Shown here piece after piece: positions 35,709 through 51,016 of a DNA stretch of 64,000 nucleotides. Made by a program: the position numbers and the translations under genes. Within the stretch, counting starts at the first letter, position 1, and every line of letters begins with the position of its first letter. A model generated the notes under the pieces. That model did not search any database and was not told where the DNA came from. It saw only the letters and a list, made by a program, of their open reading frames with translations. Source of the DNA: Thermoanaerobaculia bacterium (lineage in GTDB: Bacteria > Acidobacteriota > Thermoanaerobaculia > Gp7-AA8); contig DATLXH010000010.1 in NCBI GenBank assembly GCA_035576005.1, positions 1,673 to 65,672 on the forward strand, given 5' to 3'.

Positions 35709-38375
35709 ATGATGTCGATGCCTGATGAAGCTCACGTGAGTGCGCAGCCGGTCCGCGACCCGGTCTGTGGAATGTCGGTCAATCCGAGTCGCGCGGCGGG
35801 TAGCTCTACTCTCGAGGGGAAGGAGTATTTCTTCTGCTCGAAGGGCTGCAAACAAAAATTCGATGCCGCGCCGGCGCAGTATCTGAAGCCCGCGCCAACG
35901 ACGCCGACTACGCCTCGTGATGAGCAGCCTCCGAGTTCGCAGACGGTGCGCGATCCGGTTTGTGGGATGTCGGTGAACCCCGCTCGCGCGGCGGGTAACT
36001 CCGTTCTAAAGGGTGCGGAGTATTTCTTCTGTTCGCAGGGCTGCAAACAAAAGTTCGAAACCGATCCCTCGAATTATGTCGCCGGGCCAGACAACTTTGC
36101 TGCACCGACGCCCATCAGGCCAGCGACGTCTCCAACGATTCAGGCCGACGAGTACACCTGCCCGATGCATCCCGAAGTGCGGCAATCGGGACCAGGATCC
36201 TGCCCAAAGTGCGGGATGGCGCTGGAGCCTTCCGGAGTCCCGGTGCAGACCACGAGGACCGAATGGACCTGTCCCATGCATCCCGAGATTGTTCGCGATG
36301 TCGCGGGGAGTTGCCCCATCTGCGGCATGGCGCTCGAGCCGCGAACCGTCACCGCAGAGGAAAAGGAGAATCCCGAGCTTCGCGACATGACGCGACGCTT
36401 GTGGATCAGCGTCATCCTCACGGCTCCGCTCGTCTTCTTCGTCATGGGTCGCCACCTCCCCGGATTCTCGTTCGCCGAGCGCGTGATGATGTCTCCTTTC
36501 GGGCCGTGGCTCGAGCTGATCCTGGCGACACCGGTCGTCCTCTGGTGCGGGTGGCCATTTTTCGTCCGCGCCTGGTACTCGATCGTCCACCGCAGCCTGA
36601 ACATGTTTACGCTGATCGGACTCGGGGTCGCGGTCTCGTACGTTTACAGCGTCATCGCAACGCTGGCGCCCGGCATCTTCCCCGCTTCGCTGCGAGAAGG
36701 TGGCACGGGTGCGGTTGGCGTTTACTTCGAAGCCGCCGCAGTGATCGTGGCGCTCGTGCTGGTGGGTCAGGTGCTCGAATTGCGCGCGCGGAGCCAGACC
36801 GGTGCAGCCATTCGCGCTCTGCTGAACCTCGCGCCGAAGATGGCGCGGCGTGTTGCTGCAGACGGGAGTGAGGAAGATGTCCCGCTCGATCAGGTGCAGA
36901 TCGGCGACAGGCTCCGCATTCGTCCGGGAGAGAAGGTGCCCGTCGACGGCCTCGTGGCAGAGGGGACGAGCAGCGTCGATGAATCGATGATGACGGGCGA
37001 GCCGATTCCGATCGAGAAGCACGCAGGCGATCGCGTCATCGGAGCGACTGTCAATGGTACGGGAGCTCTGATCATCACAGCCGATCGTATCGGGAGTGAC
37101 ACGCTCCTCTCTCAGATCATCCGCATGGTGGCTGAGGCCCAGCGCAGCCGCGCGCCAATCCAGAAGCTTGCCGATTCCGTGGCCTCCTGGTTCGTACCAC
37201 TCGTCATCGGTATCGCCATCATCACATTCGCCATCTGGGCGATATTCGGGCCAGAGCCTCGGCTGGTGTACGCCCTCGTCAACGCTGTCGCCGTCCTCAT
37301 CATCGCCTGCCCCTGCGCGCTTGGGCTTGCGACACCGATGTCGATCATGGTCGCCAGTGGACGGGGAGCGTCCGCCGGTGTTCTCTTCAAGAACGCTGAG
37401 GCGATCGAAATCCTCCGTTCGGTTGACACGCTGGTCGTAGACAAGACAGGGACGCTCACTGTCGGCAAACCGAAGCTCGTTACCGTCAAGCCGACCGCGG
37501 GTTTCTCCGAGACCGACGTGCTCACATACGCGGCCGCGCTCGAAAGGGGGAGCGAACATCCCCTCGCGGCGGCGATTCTCGATGGGGCGAAGGAGCGCGG
37601 CATCCACGTGACGAACGCTTCCGATTTTCAATCCGTTACCGGAAAAGGCGTAGTGGGATCTGTGGGTGGACGCCGCATCGGTCTCGGGAACCGCGCGCTT
37701 CTCGAGTCAATCGAGGTCGCCGAGTCGGATCCTGCTGCGGCTGAAGCGCTCCGTGCAGAAGGGCAGACGGTGATGTACCTCGCATTCGATGGAAAGCTGG
37801 CAGGCCTCCTCGGTGTGGCCGATCCGATCAAGGAGACGACGCCTGAGGCCATTCGCGCGCTGCACGACGAAGGTTTGAGGATCGTGATGCTAACGGGCGA
37901 CAGCAGGACCACCGCGATGGCCGTAGCTAAGACTCTCGGCATCGACGAAGTAATTGCCGAGGTCCTGCCGGAGCAGAAAGCGGAAACCATCAGGAAGCTA
38001 CAGGCCAGTGGGAAGAAAGTAGCGATGGCAGGTGACGGCATCAACGATGCGCCGGGACTCGCGCAGGCCGAAGTCGGCATCGCGATGGGGACTGGAACCG
38101 ACGTCGCGATGGAGAGCGCCGATGTGACGCTCGTGAAAGGCGACCTGCGCGGCATCGTGCGCGCGCGGCGTCTGAGTCGTGCCACGATCCGCAACATCCG
38201 GCAGAACCTCTTCTGGGCGTTCGTCTACAACGCGGCGGGGGTACCGGTGGCGGCCGGCATTCTCTATCCGTTCTTCGGAATTCTGTTGAGTCCGATGATC
38301 GCCGCGGCGGCGATGAGTTTGAGCTCCGTGTCGGTCATTGCGAATGCGTTGAGGTTGAGGACGGTCAAGGTCTAG
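35709..38375 (+). CDS. copA: Copper-translocating P1B-type ATPase with 2 TRASH/YHS-like and 2 CPMHPE-type N-terminal metal-binding domains
   Basis: CPC ([13 protein letters not shown]), [20 protein letters not shown]-terminal [10 protein letters not shown]..FFCSxGCKQKF x2 and (Y/W)TCPMHPE..GSCPxCGMALEP x2. The start is 35709, 35712 or 35718. Confidence 0.95.
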   Translation: MMSMPDEAHVSAQPVRDPVCGMSVNPSRAAGSSTLEGKEYFFCSKGCKQKFDAAPAQYLKPAPTTPTTPRDEQPPSSQTVRDPVCGMSVNPARAAGNSVLKGAEYFFCSQGCKQKFETDPSNYVAGPDNFAAPTPIRPATSPTIQADEYTCPMHPEVRQSGPGSCPKCGMALEPSGVPVQTTRTEWTCPMHPEIVRDVAGSCPICGMALEPRTVTAEEKENPELRDMTRRLWISVILTAPLVFFVMGRHLPGFSFAERVMMSPFGPWLELILATPVVLWCGWPFFVRAWYSIVHRSLNMFTLIGLGVAVSYVYSVIATLAPGIFPASLREGGTGAVGVYFEAAAVIVALVLVGQVLELRARSQTGAAIRALLNLAPKMARRVAADGSEEDVPLDQVQIGDRLRIRPGEKVPVDGLVAEGTSSVDESMMTGEPIPIEKHAGDRVIGATVNGTGALIITADRIGSDTLLSQIIRMVAEAQRSRAPIQKLADSVASWFVPLVIGIAIITFAIWAIFGPEPRLVYALVNAVAVLIIACPCALGLATPMSIMVASGRGASAGVLFKNAEAIEILRSVDTLVVDKTGTLTVGKPKLVTVKPTAGFSETDVLTYAAALERGSEHPLAAAILDGAKERGIHVTNASDFQSVTGKGVVGSVGGRRIGLGNRALLESIEVAESDPAAAEALRAEGQTVMYLAFDGKLAGLLGVADPIKETTPEAIRALHDEGLRIVMLTGDSRTTAMAVAKTLGIDEVIAEVLPEQKAETIRKLQASGKKVAMAGDGINDAPGLAQAEVGIAMGTGTDVAMESADVTLVKGDLRGIVRARRLSRATIRNIRQNLFWAFVYNAAGVPVAAGILYPFFGILLSPMIAAAAMSLSSVSVIANALRLRTVKV

Positions 38376-38420
38376 TAGGGCGATTCGCTATCTGGCTTAG
38401 CGGGTTAGCTAGCTTAGCTA

Positions 38421-38550
38421 GCCGCGAAGCGGCGTCCCCTCTCCCCGGCGGGGGAGAGGGAAGCGAGCGAAGCGAAGCAGGGTGAGGGGCGTGACGCTCT
38501 CGCGATCCGATAGATAAACAGCGCGATTCTCGTATCTCTCGCGGCCCCTC
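38421..38550 (+). repeat. Mosaic palindromic repeat, copy C (lacks the last hairpin module)
   Basis: GCCGCGAAGCGGC + module 1 + TTCTCGTATCTCTCGCGGCCCCTC, collinear with copies A and B. Confidence 0.8.
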
Positions 38551-38585
38551 GCGGACCCTCGCGTCCTCATTGCGGACCGTTTCGC

Positions 38586-39194
38586 TCACTTTCCCGTCAA
38601 CATTCCCTTCCACTGTTTCATCTGATCCACTTCCCTCTGCTGCGCATCAATGATGGCTTGCGCGAGGGTCTTCACTTCCTGATGCTCGGCTTTCGTCATC
38701 GCCTCGCGTGACATCTCGATTGCGCCCACGTGGTGCGGAGTCATCATGTCGATGAACATGAGGTCGTAATCCTTTCCCGCCTTCATCGTACTCATGTGAG
38801 TCATGTCCATATTCATCGATGATTTCATCCCGGGCATGTCCATGTTCTCGGCCGTGGGGGCGCCCGAGTACCAGAGGTCTCGCCAGGTCGTCATCTGATC
38901 GATCTCCTTCTGCTGATCGACCGGAATCCTCGTCACCAGCTCCTTGAGCAGTGGGTGCTCGATTTTTTCCTGAGCCATCTTCGCCATGGCGATCGCGGCC
39001 AGGTGATGCTTTGACATCGTGTCGAGAAACTGCAGATCGTAAGAGGCCGGGGCATTGGCCGGCATCGATGAATCCGTTGCCGTAGCCGCGGTTGTCATGG
39101 CCGGATCGGTGGTGGCCACCTTCTCCCCGCCGCACCCGGTCGTAAGGGCGATTGACAGCAAAACTGCCGGAAACGAGAGTCTCATTCGCTTCAT
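38586..39194 (-). CDS. DUF305 family lipoprotein (metal-stress associated)
   Basis: Lipobox ALTTGCGG. Duplicated D(L/Q)xF(L/I)DxMxxHHxxAIxM motif. Confidence 0.85.
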   Translation of the reverse strand: MKRMRLSFPAVLLSIALTTGCGGEKVATTDPAMTTAATATDSSMPANAPASYDLQFLDTMSKHHLAAIAMAKMAQEKIEHPLLKELVTRIPVDQQKEIDQMTTWRDLWYSGAPTAENMDMPGMKSSMNMDMTHMSTMKAGKDYDLMFIDMMTPHHVGAIEMSREAMTKAEHQEVKTLAQAIIDAQQREVDQMKQWKGMLTGK

Positions 39195-39425
39195 CAGATG
39201 GTTCCCCTTCCTGAACAACGTCGCGTGACAGACAAGAGTGTCTGTCCTACATAGAGGCCCTTCATTACTCTTGCCATCGCCGTTTGCGACAGGGCGGGGA
39301 CCACTGGGCGGGGCTTGCCTCCGGGTCCGGCATTGACTCTGCTGGCTCGCTCTGATACGAACGGGCCGCGATCCGCCGATATCTGGCGTGCTCTATCCCA
39401 GTTCAGGCGTTTCAAGGAGATTTGC

Positions 39426-40946
39426 ATGAGAAATCGATTCATCCAGGCGGCGATTACCGCAGTGATTCTGGCGAGTGGAGTTTCGTTGAATGCGCAGGAT
39501 CTGGCTGCGTTCGAAAAGAAAGTTACCACTCGGAAGCTGGCGAACGGATTGACAGTGTTGATCGTTGAGCGACCGGAGGCTCCCGTCTTCTCGTTCTTCA
39601 CTCACGTCGATGCCGGGAGTGCTCAGGAAGTCCCGGGGATCACAGGGCTCGCGCACATGTTCGAGCATATGGCGTTCAAGGGAACTCCTGTGATCGGCAC
39701 AAAAGACTACGCAACCGAGAAGAAGGCGCTCGAGAAGGTCGAGCGTGCCTACATGGCGTACGACGCTGCGCGGCGCTCCGAGGTAGGGCGCGATGACAAG
39801 AGAACCGCGGAGATGGAGAAGGCGTGGAAAGACTCGATCGCCGAGGCTGACAAGGGCGTGGTCCTCAATGAGTTCGGGGAGATCATCGATCGCAGCGGCG
39901 GGGTCGGATTAAACGCCTTTACCAGCAGTGACGAGACGGGCTACTTTTACTCGCTCCCTTCGAACCGTGTCGAGCTCTGGGCATACCTCGAGTCCGAGCG
40001 TTTCCTCCAGCCGGTCATGCGCGAGTTCTACAAAGAGCGCGACGTCGTGATGGAAGAGCGGAGGATGCGTACGGACAGCAATCCCATCGGCAAGCTCGTC
40101 GAGCAATTCCTCGGGGCTGCCTACATCGCACATCCGTACGGTTACGCAGTCGTCGGCTGGCCATCGGATCTGACGAGTTTCTCGGCCAGTGACGCGGATA
40201 AGTTCTTCAAGACCTACTACGTGCCCTCGAACATGGTCGTCACTCTCGTGGGCGATGTGAAGGCATCCACCGCGATGCCGATCATTGAGAAATACTTCGG
40301 TCGGCTGCCTTCCAGACCGAAACCCGAGCCTCTTCGAACGACCGAGCCGCCCCAGGGGTCTGAGAAGCTGGTCACGCTCACGGATAAATCGCAACCCTTC
40401 TACATCGAGGGTTATCACAAACCGAGTGCGACACATCCTGATGACGCGATCTACGACGTCATCGGAGACCTTATGTCCAGTGGCCGGACCTCCCGCCTCT
40501 ACCGGGCGCTCGTACGCGACAAGAAAGTCGCCGCTGCCAGTGCCGGCTTCAGCGGATTCCCGGGACAGAAATACCCGAACCTCTTCGCATTCTTTGCAGT
40601 CCCTTCGCCGGGTCATACGGTCGATGAAGTGCGCAATGCCATCCGCGCCGAGATTGACCGCCTGCGCAACGAGGACGTCACCGATGACGAGTTGAGAATG
40701 GTCAAGACCCGAGCGAAGGCCGATCTCATTCGCGGGCTGGACAGCAATCAGGGCCTGGCCCGGCAGCTCGGAACGGCTCAGGCGCGCTTCGGCGACTGGC
40801 GTGAACTCTTCCGTCAGGTCGACAAGATCGACAAGGTAAGCAAGGCAGATGTCCGTCGCATCGCCAACGCCACATTCACGGCCGACAATCGTACGGTCGG
40901 CGTCATCCAATCAACCCAGATGGCCAAGACCAAGGGGAGCGAGTAA
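39426..40946 (+). CDS. M16 family zinc peptidase (active subunit)
   Basis: HMFEHMAFKGT inverted zinc motif (HxxEH). Signal peptide. Confidence 0.9.
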   Translation: MRNRFIQAAITAVILASGVSLNAQDLAAFEKKVTTRKLANGLTVLIVERPEAPVFSFFTHVDAGSAQEVPGITGLAHMFEHMAFKGTPVIGTKDYATEKKALEKVERAYMAYDAARRSEVGRDDKRTAEMEKAWKDSIAEADKGVVLNEFGEIIDRSGGVGLNAFTSSDETGYFYSLPSNRVELWAYLESERFLQPVMREFYKERDVVMEERRMRTDSNPIGKLVEQFLGAAYIAHPYGYAVVGWPSDLTSFSASDADKFFKTYYVPSNMVVTLVGDVKASTAMPIIEKYFGRLPSRPKPEPLRTTEPPQGSEKLVTLTDKSQPFYIEGYHKPSATHPDDAIYDVIGDLMSSGRTSRLYRALVRDKKVAAASAGFSGFPGQKYPNLFAFFAVPSPGHTVDEVRNAIRAEIDRLRNEDVTDDELRMVKTRAKADLIRGLDSNQGLARQLGTAQARFGDWRELFRQVDKIDKVSKADVRRIANATFTADNRTVGVIQSTQMAKTKGSE

Positions 40947-43084
40947 TGAGACCACTAAAAAAGTTGACACTTGCGGCTGCCACAGTCGTGGGCTGCGTCG
41001 TGGCAATGCCGGGATTCGCGCAGGTCACGGACTGGCGGAAGATCAACACGCCAGCGCTGTCAGAATTCAAAATTCAGGAACCGAAGCGTATCGTCCTTGC
41101 AAACGGAATGGTGATCTTCCTGCAGGAGGATCATGAGCTACCTCTCATCACCGGCAACATTGCCATCCGCGGCGGCTCGCGCGATGAGCCTGCTGAGAAA
41201 GTCGGACTGGCTTCCATCTTTGGTCAGGCCTGGCGCACGGGTGGAACGAAGGCCCGCACGGGCGACGCCATCGACGAGTACCTCGAGTTGCGCGCAGCGA
41301 AAGTCGAGACTTCCGCTGATGTGGATTCCAGCATGGTGTCGATGAATTCACTCAAGCAGGACTTTGACGACGTCCTCGGCGTGGCCATTGAATTACTGCG
41401 AGAGCCCGAGTTCCGCGAAGAAAAAATTGTGCTGGCTAAGAATCAGCTGAACACAGGGATCTCCCGTCGTAACGACAACCCGATGCAGATCGCCGGGCGT
41501 GAGGCCATGAAGATTGCCTATGGGCCAACCTCGCCTTACGCACGCGTCGAGGAGTACTACACCGTCGCAGCCGTCAAGCGTGAAGACCTGCTGGCCTGGC
41601 ACCGCCGCTTCGTTCATCCGAACAACATGCTCGTCGGCATTGTCGGGGATTTCGACAGCGCCAAAATGGAAGCGAAGCTGCGAGCAGCCTTCGAGAAATT
41701 GCCGAAGGGACCGGAAGCGCCAAAGATGACGGCCGAGTTCCCGGATCCGAAGCCGGGCGTCTACTTCATCGCCAAGGACGACGTGAATCAAAGCTCGATC
41801 CGCATGGTGCACATGGGAGTGCAGCGGAACAATCCCGATTACTACGCACTGGAAGTCATGAACGAGATCTTTGGCGGCGGTTTCTCTGCCAGATTGTTCT
41901 CGAACATCCGGTCGAAGAAAGGTCTGGCCTACAACGTCGGTGGCGGCGTCGGTTCATCGTGGGATCACCCCGGCGTGTTCCAGATTTCCATGGGCACCAA
42001 GAGCCAGTCCACATCCGCTGCCATCGATGCGCTGCGGGAGGAGATCGACCAGCTGCACAAGAGTCCTCCCACGGCGGATGAGCTCAAACGCGCCAGGGAA
42101 TCGATCCTCAATTCGTTCGTCTTCCGCTTCGACACGAAAGCAAAGGTCATCGCTGAGCGGATGAACCTGGAGTTCTACGGATACCCAGCCGACTTCACGG
42201 CGAAATACCGGACAGCGATCGAGAAGGTGACGACCGATGATGTTGCCCGCGTTGCCAACAAGTATGTAACCGGCGACAAAGTTGCGCTCCTGGTGGTCGG
42301 CAAGGCTGGTGATTTCGACAAGCCACTCTCCTCGTACGGCCAGGTCAGTAACATTGATATCACCATTCCTGACACCGCGCCCGGCACCGTGAAGCCTGCG
42401 GCTCCCACAGGGTCTTCGACGCAGGGCCGTCAGCTGTTAGACAAGGTCGTGATGCAGATGGGCGGAGCAAAGGTCCTCAGCGCTGCCAAGAGCCTGCGGC
42501 AGAATAGTGTTGCCGTCATGAAGACCCCGCAGGGCGAGATGACGGTCGAGATCGATTCGGTGAGCGCATTCCCCGACCGCATGCGTCAGGTGATGAAAAC
42601 GCCGATGGGCGAGATGACGATGGTTGCTGCTCCCGGTGGGGCGTTCATGCTCGGTCCGATGGGCACGCGCGATCTTCCGAGCTCGCAGAAAGATCAGATG
42701 CTGCGTGAAATGAACTGGAACCCGATCGCAGTGGCGCAGCACGCCAGCGATCCAAAGTATACGTTCAACATCGTTGGTGAAGAGACCATTGGTGGAGTCA
42801 AGACGCAGATTCTCGAGATTTCGGCCGATGGAAACAGCACGCGTTGGTTCGTCGATCCGGCCAGCGGACGTGTGCTCCGCTCCTCAACGCGCGCGACAGG
42901 GCCGACTGGTCCGACCGAACAGGTCGCCAACTTCAGTGACTGGAAAACGATGAACGGCATCACGCTCCCGATGAAGCGAACGATCATGCAGGGCGGTAAG
43001 GAAGCCGGGACTGCGGAGATCAAGACCTTCGAGATCAATCCGGCGACGGATACGAAGAGCTGGGAGAAACCTCCGGCGAAGTAG
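40946..43084 (+). CDS. M16 family peptidase-like protein (no HxxEH) with extra C-terminal ~230-aa domain
   Basis: M16 non-catalytic fold pattern. TAATG overlap with the upstream gene. The C-terminal region looks like a LolA-like/lipoprotein-sorting fold by pattern only. Confidence 0.85.
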   Translation: MRPLKKLTLAAATVVGCVVAMPGFAQVTDWRKINTPALSEFKIQEPKRIVLANGMVIFLQEDHELPLITGNIAIRGGSRDEPAEKVGLASIFGQAWRTGGTKARTGDAIDEYLELRAAKVETSADVDSSMVSMNSLKQDFDDVLGVAIELLREPEFREEKIVLAKNQLNTGISRRNDNPMQIAGREAMKIAYGPTSPYARVEEYYTVAAVKREDLLAWHRRFVHPNNMLVGIVGDFDSAKMEAKLRAAFEKLPKGPEAPKMTAEFPDPKPGVYFIAKDDVNQSSIRMVHMGVQRNNPDYYALEVMNEIFGGGFSARLFSNIRSKKGLAYNVGGGVGSSWDHPGVFQISMGTKSQSTSAAIDALREEIDQLHKSPPTADELKRARESILNSFVFRFDTKAKVIAERMNLEFYGYPADFTAKYRTAIEKVTTDDVARVANKYVTGDKVALLVVGKAGDFDKPLSSYGQVSNIDITIPDTAPGTVKPAAPTGSSTQGRQLLDKVVMQMGGAKVLSAAKSLRQNSVAVMKTPQGEMTVEIDSVSAFPDRMRQVMKTPMGEMTMVAAPGGAFMLGPMGTRDLPSSQKDQMLREMNWNPIAVAQHASDPKYTFNIVGEETIGGVKTQILEISADGNSTRWFVDPASGRVLRSSTRATGPTGPTEQVANFSDWKTMNGITLPMKRTIMQGGKEAGTAEIKTFEINPATDTKSWEKPPAK

Positions 43085-43108
43085 TTGGTATCGCAAAATG
43101 CAAACAGA

Positions 43109-43136
43109 AGGGCCGGCGATGAGCCGGCCCTTTTTG
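43109..43136 (+). terminator. Rho-independent terminator (GGGCCGGC-GATGA-GCCGGCCC + TTTTT)
   Basis: 8-bp GC stem followed by T5, about 25 nt after the M16 operon stop. Confidence 0.8.
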
Positions 43137-43376
43137 CTCTCGGATGAAGTCCTCGAGGACCATGACGCGCTCGACAGCGAGGACAAGCCTTCTGAGCAGG
43201 TGGCAGACGACGTTCTGCGCGGCGAACCTGCATCGGGTTGGCACGACCGCGTCAGCTGATGGCTTTCGAACGTTGGACGGTCCGTCACGCAGCAATGAAA
43301 GATGCCCCTCGGCGCTATCTGAAGCATACTTGTCACGCGAATCACACGCGTGCAACGAATCCCTGATGAGGTATCT

Positions 43377-43730
43377 ATGAACAAATCCGGCATTGCGGTT
43401 GGTATGACTCTGGTGCTGATCCTTACCCAGTCGGCGTGCACATCGAAACCGGCCGCGGACCTCGTAACGTCGGAGAATGCGATGACAGGCAATGGCGATT
43501 CCGGGAGCGGGAAGAGCTCGGGCTCAATCACGATCAGCGGGACTCTCACAGATGAGGGCGTCGAGTGTCGGGCGATGCGCGATGGGAAGACAAACGAGTT
43601 GTACACGCTCACCGGCAATCTGTCAGATTTCAAGACAGGCGACCGCGTGAGGGTCGTCGGGACCATCGCCGAGATCTCGATCTGTCAGCAGGGCAGGACC
43701 ATCTCGGTCTCATCTGTTGTGCGGGTCTAA
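43377..43730 (+). CDS. Hypothetical lipoprotein
   Basis: Lipobox LTQSAC. GVECRAM..YTLTG..GDRVRVVG..CQQG pattern. GAGG sits 6 nt upstream of the ATG. Confidence 0.7.
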   Translation: MNKSGIAVGMTLVLILTQSACTSKPAADLVTSENAMTGNGDSGSGKSSGSITISGTLTDEGVECRAMRDGKTNELYTLTGNLSDFKTGDRVRVVGTIAEISICQQGRTISVSSVVRV

Positions 43731-43901
43731 CCCCTCACAGACCTTCGCCGTGAAGACGACGGGCAGCGCCTGTCAGCATCGTTGCATGGCAATTTCGCTC
43801 CTCGACACAGTCGACTTATGTCTTCGTCGCAAAATTGCCGTGCGCATCGCATCCCAGCCACTCTCCGCGGCCTCACGACAAGGGTCTGGAGAATAGGCGG
43901 G
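43731..43901 (+). mobile_element. Degenerate full-length MITE copy
   Basis: Collinear with 55813-55990 over its whole length. The left TIR carries a deletion (CCCCTCACAGACC) and the right TIR is mutated (GGGTCTGGAGAATAGGCGGG). Confidence 0.75.
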
Positions 43902-44004
43902 CGAGCATGACTGCGGGAAAAGACGGAGGAAGAACGAGAGTTTGATAGCCCGAAATGAAATTTTCTCTTATCGGGCGGCACTTACGCCAACTGTTAATCC
44001 GCTA

Positions 44005-44355
44005 ATGCGACGCTCAGCCATCCGCTTCTTCGCCGCTTTCATTCTTACGCTTCTGGGGGCCCCCCTGGCGATGCACGTCGTGATGCACGATCTGGATCGC
44101 GATCACCACGAGGACGATGGCCGCTTCCATCACTCGGCTTCAGAACACACGGCCCATGAGCATCCCATGATCTCGTCGCCTGCTCCGACGGCCTCGGACT
44201 CTGACACGCCAACAATGTTGGTGAGCCTCCCGGTGATGGGCCATCAACGTTTGTTGCGCGGTCACGGCTCCGAAAGAAGTGTCATGGCCCTGGGAGCGCT
44301 CCATCTCTTCTACGATACCGGCCCGCAGTCCCTGCTCTCGACCTTCCTGATCTAA
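44005..44355 (+). CDS. Small membrane-anchored His-rich protein with conserved LGA..D.G.Q.LL.TFLI tail, upstream of czcC
   Basis: MRRSAIRFFAAFILTLLGAPLA anchor, then HVVMHDLDRDHHEDDGRFHHSASEHTAHEHPM. The C-terminus aligns with 29648-30052. Confidence 0.6.
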   Translation: MRRSAIRFFAAFILTLLGAPLAMHVVMHDLDRDHHEDDGRFHHSASEHTAHEHPMISSPAPTASDSDTPTMLVSLPVMGHQRLLRGHGSERSVMALGALHLFYDTGPQSLLSTFLI

Positions 44356-44406
44356 CCACTCCTCCGGCAGCGCTTTCCATCAGCGTTTCTGCGACAGGAG
44401 TGAACC

Positions 44407-45692
44407 TTGCGTTTCCTATCCCTGTTTTTTGCGTTTGCATTGTGCGTCACCCTTTCTGCGGCACAAGAGCTACCGACATCAGTTCATCAGGCTGAGATTG
44501 ATCCAGTCGGCGAGCTGACACTCGAGACCGCTCTTTCGCTGGCGACAACTCGAAGTCCGGAGGTCGCTGCTGCCGAGAGCGCTCTCCGGGCGATGGAAGG
44601 GCGCGTGATTCAGGCCGGGGCGCGGCCCAATCCGGAACTGTCTGGAACGGCGGAGAATCTCGGTGGAAACGCGGCCATAACCGGCGGGCTGCAGTCGACT
44701 GTTGAGCTCGGGCAACGGTTTGAGCTTGGCGGCGATCGCGCCGCACGAACGGCGGCCGCGGGTGCAGCATTGGATCTCACACGATGGGATCTCGAACTGC
44801 GACGAATCGAGGCAACCAGTCGTGCAACGCGCGCGTTCTACGAAGTTCTCTACGCGCAGCGCGCTGTGGAGCTTGCGGATCAATCAGCGAATGTCGCCGA
44901 GGAAGTCCGGGCTACCGTCGCCGCACGTGTCGAGGCTGGAAAAGTCTCTCCCATCGAGGAGACGAAGGCCGAGGTGGCGCTGGCCACCGAACGCATCGAG
45001 CGGGCCCGTGCAGCAGCGCACCTGATCGGCGCCCGGTCGCGGCTCGCGGCGACATGGGGAGGCTCGACGCCGACTTTCTCCCGGGTTGCAGGCGATGTGA
45101 ACGGGATGCCGCCCATTCCTTCGCTCGAATCGGTCATGACCCTGCTGGAAGGAAATCCGGAGGTGGCACGGTGGAGTGCCGAGATCGCGGAGCGAGAGGC
45201 GCTGCTGCGCGTTGAGCGTGCCCGCGGAGTCCCGGATGTAACCGTCGTCGGCGGCTACCGTCACTTCGAGTTGGGCGACAGCGCGTTCGTTGCGAGAGTC
45301 GCCCTGCCCCTTCCACTGTTCGACCGGAATCGCGGAGCGCAGATTGAAGCGCGCGAGCGGATCGCGGGAGCAGAGCTGGAGCGCCGCGCCGCCGTTGTGC
45401 GTCTTCGTCAGCTGGCGGAAGAAACCCATGTCTCGCTTTCTCGCGCTGAAGGGGAAGTGCGGAGCCTTCGCGAGGAGGTTGTGCCTGGTGCCGAGAGTGT
45501 CTATTCCGCCGTGAGCGAAGGCTACAGATTGGGCAAGTTCGGTTATCTCGAAGTGCTCGATGCGCGACGCACACTGGCCACAGCACGGGGACAACTCGTA
45601 CGAGCTCAGGCTGAATTGCAGCGCGCGTTCGCCGACCTGCAGCGACTCACAACGACACCTATGACTAACATTTCCAATGGAGCACAACCGTA

Positions 45693-45693
<1 letters not shown>
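44407..45693 (+). CDS. czcC: TolC-family outer membrane protein of a heavy-metal RND system
   Basis: TTG start, signal peptide, TolC-like repeats, directly followed by czcB and czcA. Confidence 0.85.
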
Positions 45694-50343
<4,650 letters not shown>

Positions 50344-50388
50344 TGGTGACAGAACTGACTCACGCGCAACCTCATGGCGAGACTGTTA

Positions 50389-50579
50389 CGCCCCTCTCCC
50401 TGCTCGCTTCGCTCGCTTCCCTCTCCCCGCCGGGGAGAGGGAGGCTCGTCGTGGATTGGGTCAAGCACTCCTCCTTCGACGAATTCGCGAGCGAACAATT
50501 CGACCAGGGTTGTTCGCGTCGCGCTCCCCTCTCCCCGGCGGGGAGAGGGTGGTCGCGTGAGCGACCGGGAGAGGGGTCG
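50389..50579 (-). repeat. Mosaic palindromic repeat, copy D (both modules inverted but their order retained)
   Basis: rc(module 1) at 50389-50445 and rc(module 2) at 50522-50579, with an unrelated spacer. Confidence 0.75.
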
Positions 50580-50599
50580 AACAATGGGACGAAGCCGTA

Positions 50600-51016
50600 A
50601 TGGATCTCCTCGTCCTCTTTGCCTGGAGCTTTCTCGCTGCAACGATCCTCCCACTCGGTTCTGAGCCCGCACTCGTTGCGGTCGTGCATCGTCGCGGCAT
50701 GTTAGCCCTGCCCGTGACGATCGCCACGGTAGGGAACTATCTCGGCGCATGCACAACGTACGCGCTGGCGATGGCGGCATCCAGAACTGTGAAGAGCGAA
50801 CGTGCAGTACGTCGCATGGAGCGCGCCGCATCTCTCATCCGCAGATATGGCGCGCCCGCACTACTACTTTCATGGGTTCCTCTGCTCGGCGATGCGATCG
50901 TCGCCGCGGCTGGTGTTGCCCGCATGTCTTTCGTTCCTTTCTCACTCTGGACCATCGTCGGGAAGGCTGCACGGTATGCCGTCCTGGCGCTGGTCATCGA
51001 CTGGAGCTTTCGATGA
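50600..51016 (+). CDS. YqaA-family (DedA/SNARE-associated-like) membrane protein
   Basis: 138 aa. LPLGSEPALVA and WVPLLGD patterns typical of YqaA. Confidence 0.75.
   Translation: MDLLVLFAWSFLAATILPLGSEPALVAVVHRRGMLALPVTIATVGNYLGACTTYALAMAASRTVKSERAVRRMERAASLIRRYGAPALLLSWVPLLGDAIVAAAGVARMSFVPFSLWTIVGKAARYAVLALVIDWSFR

Noticed and set aside
36006-37631. 541-aa ORF antisense to copA
   Set aside because: It is fully contained in the well-supported P-type ATPase gene. It has Arg/Asp/His-rich composition and no domain signature.
38404-38422. TTAGCTAGC-TTAGCTAGC direct duplication after copA
   Set aside because: It is only two short units next to a mosaic repeat. It is most likely a slippage or junction scar with no evident function.
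43137-43376. Gene or ncRNA in the 240-nt gap after the M16 operon (ORFs 42884-43666 and 43035-43355 on the minus strand)
   Set aside because: The minus-strand ORFs run through the terminator hairpin and into the M16 gene. Their composition is not protein-like. I saw no conserved RNA motif.
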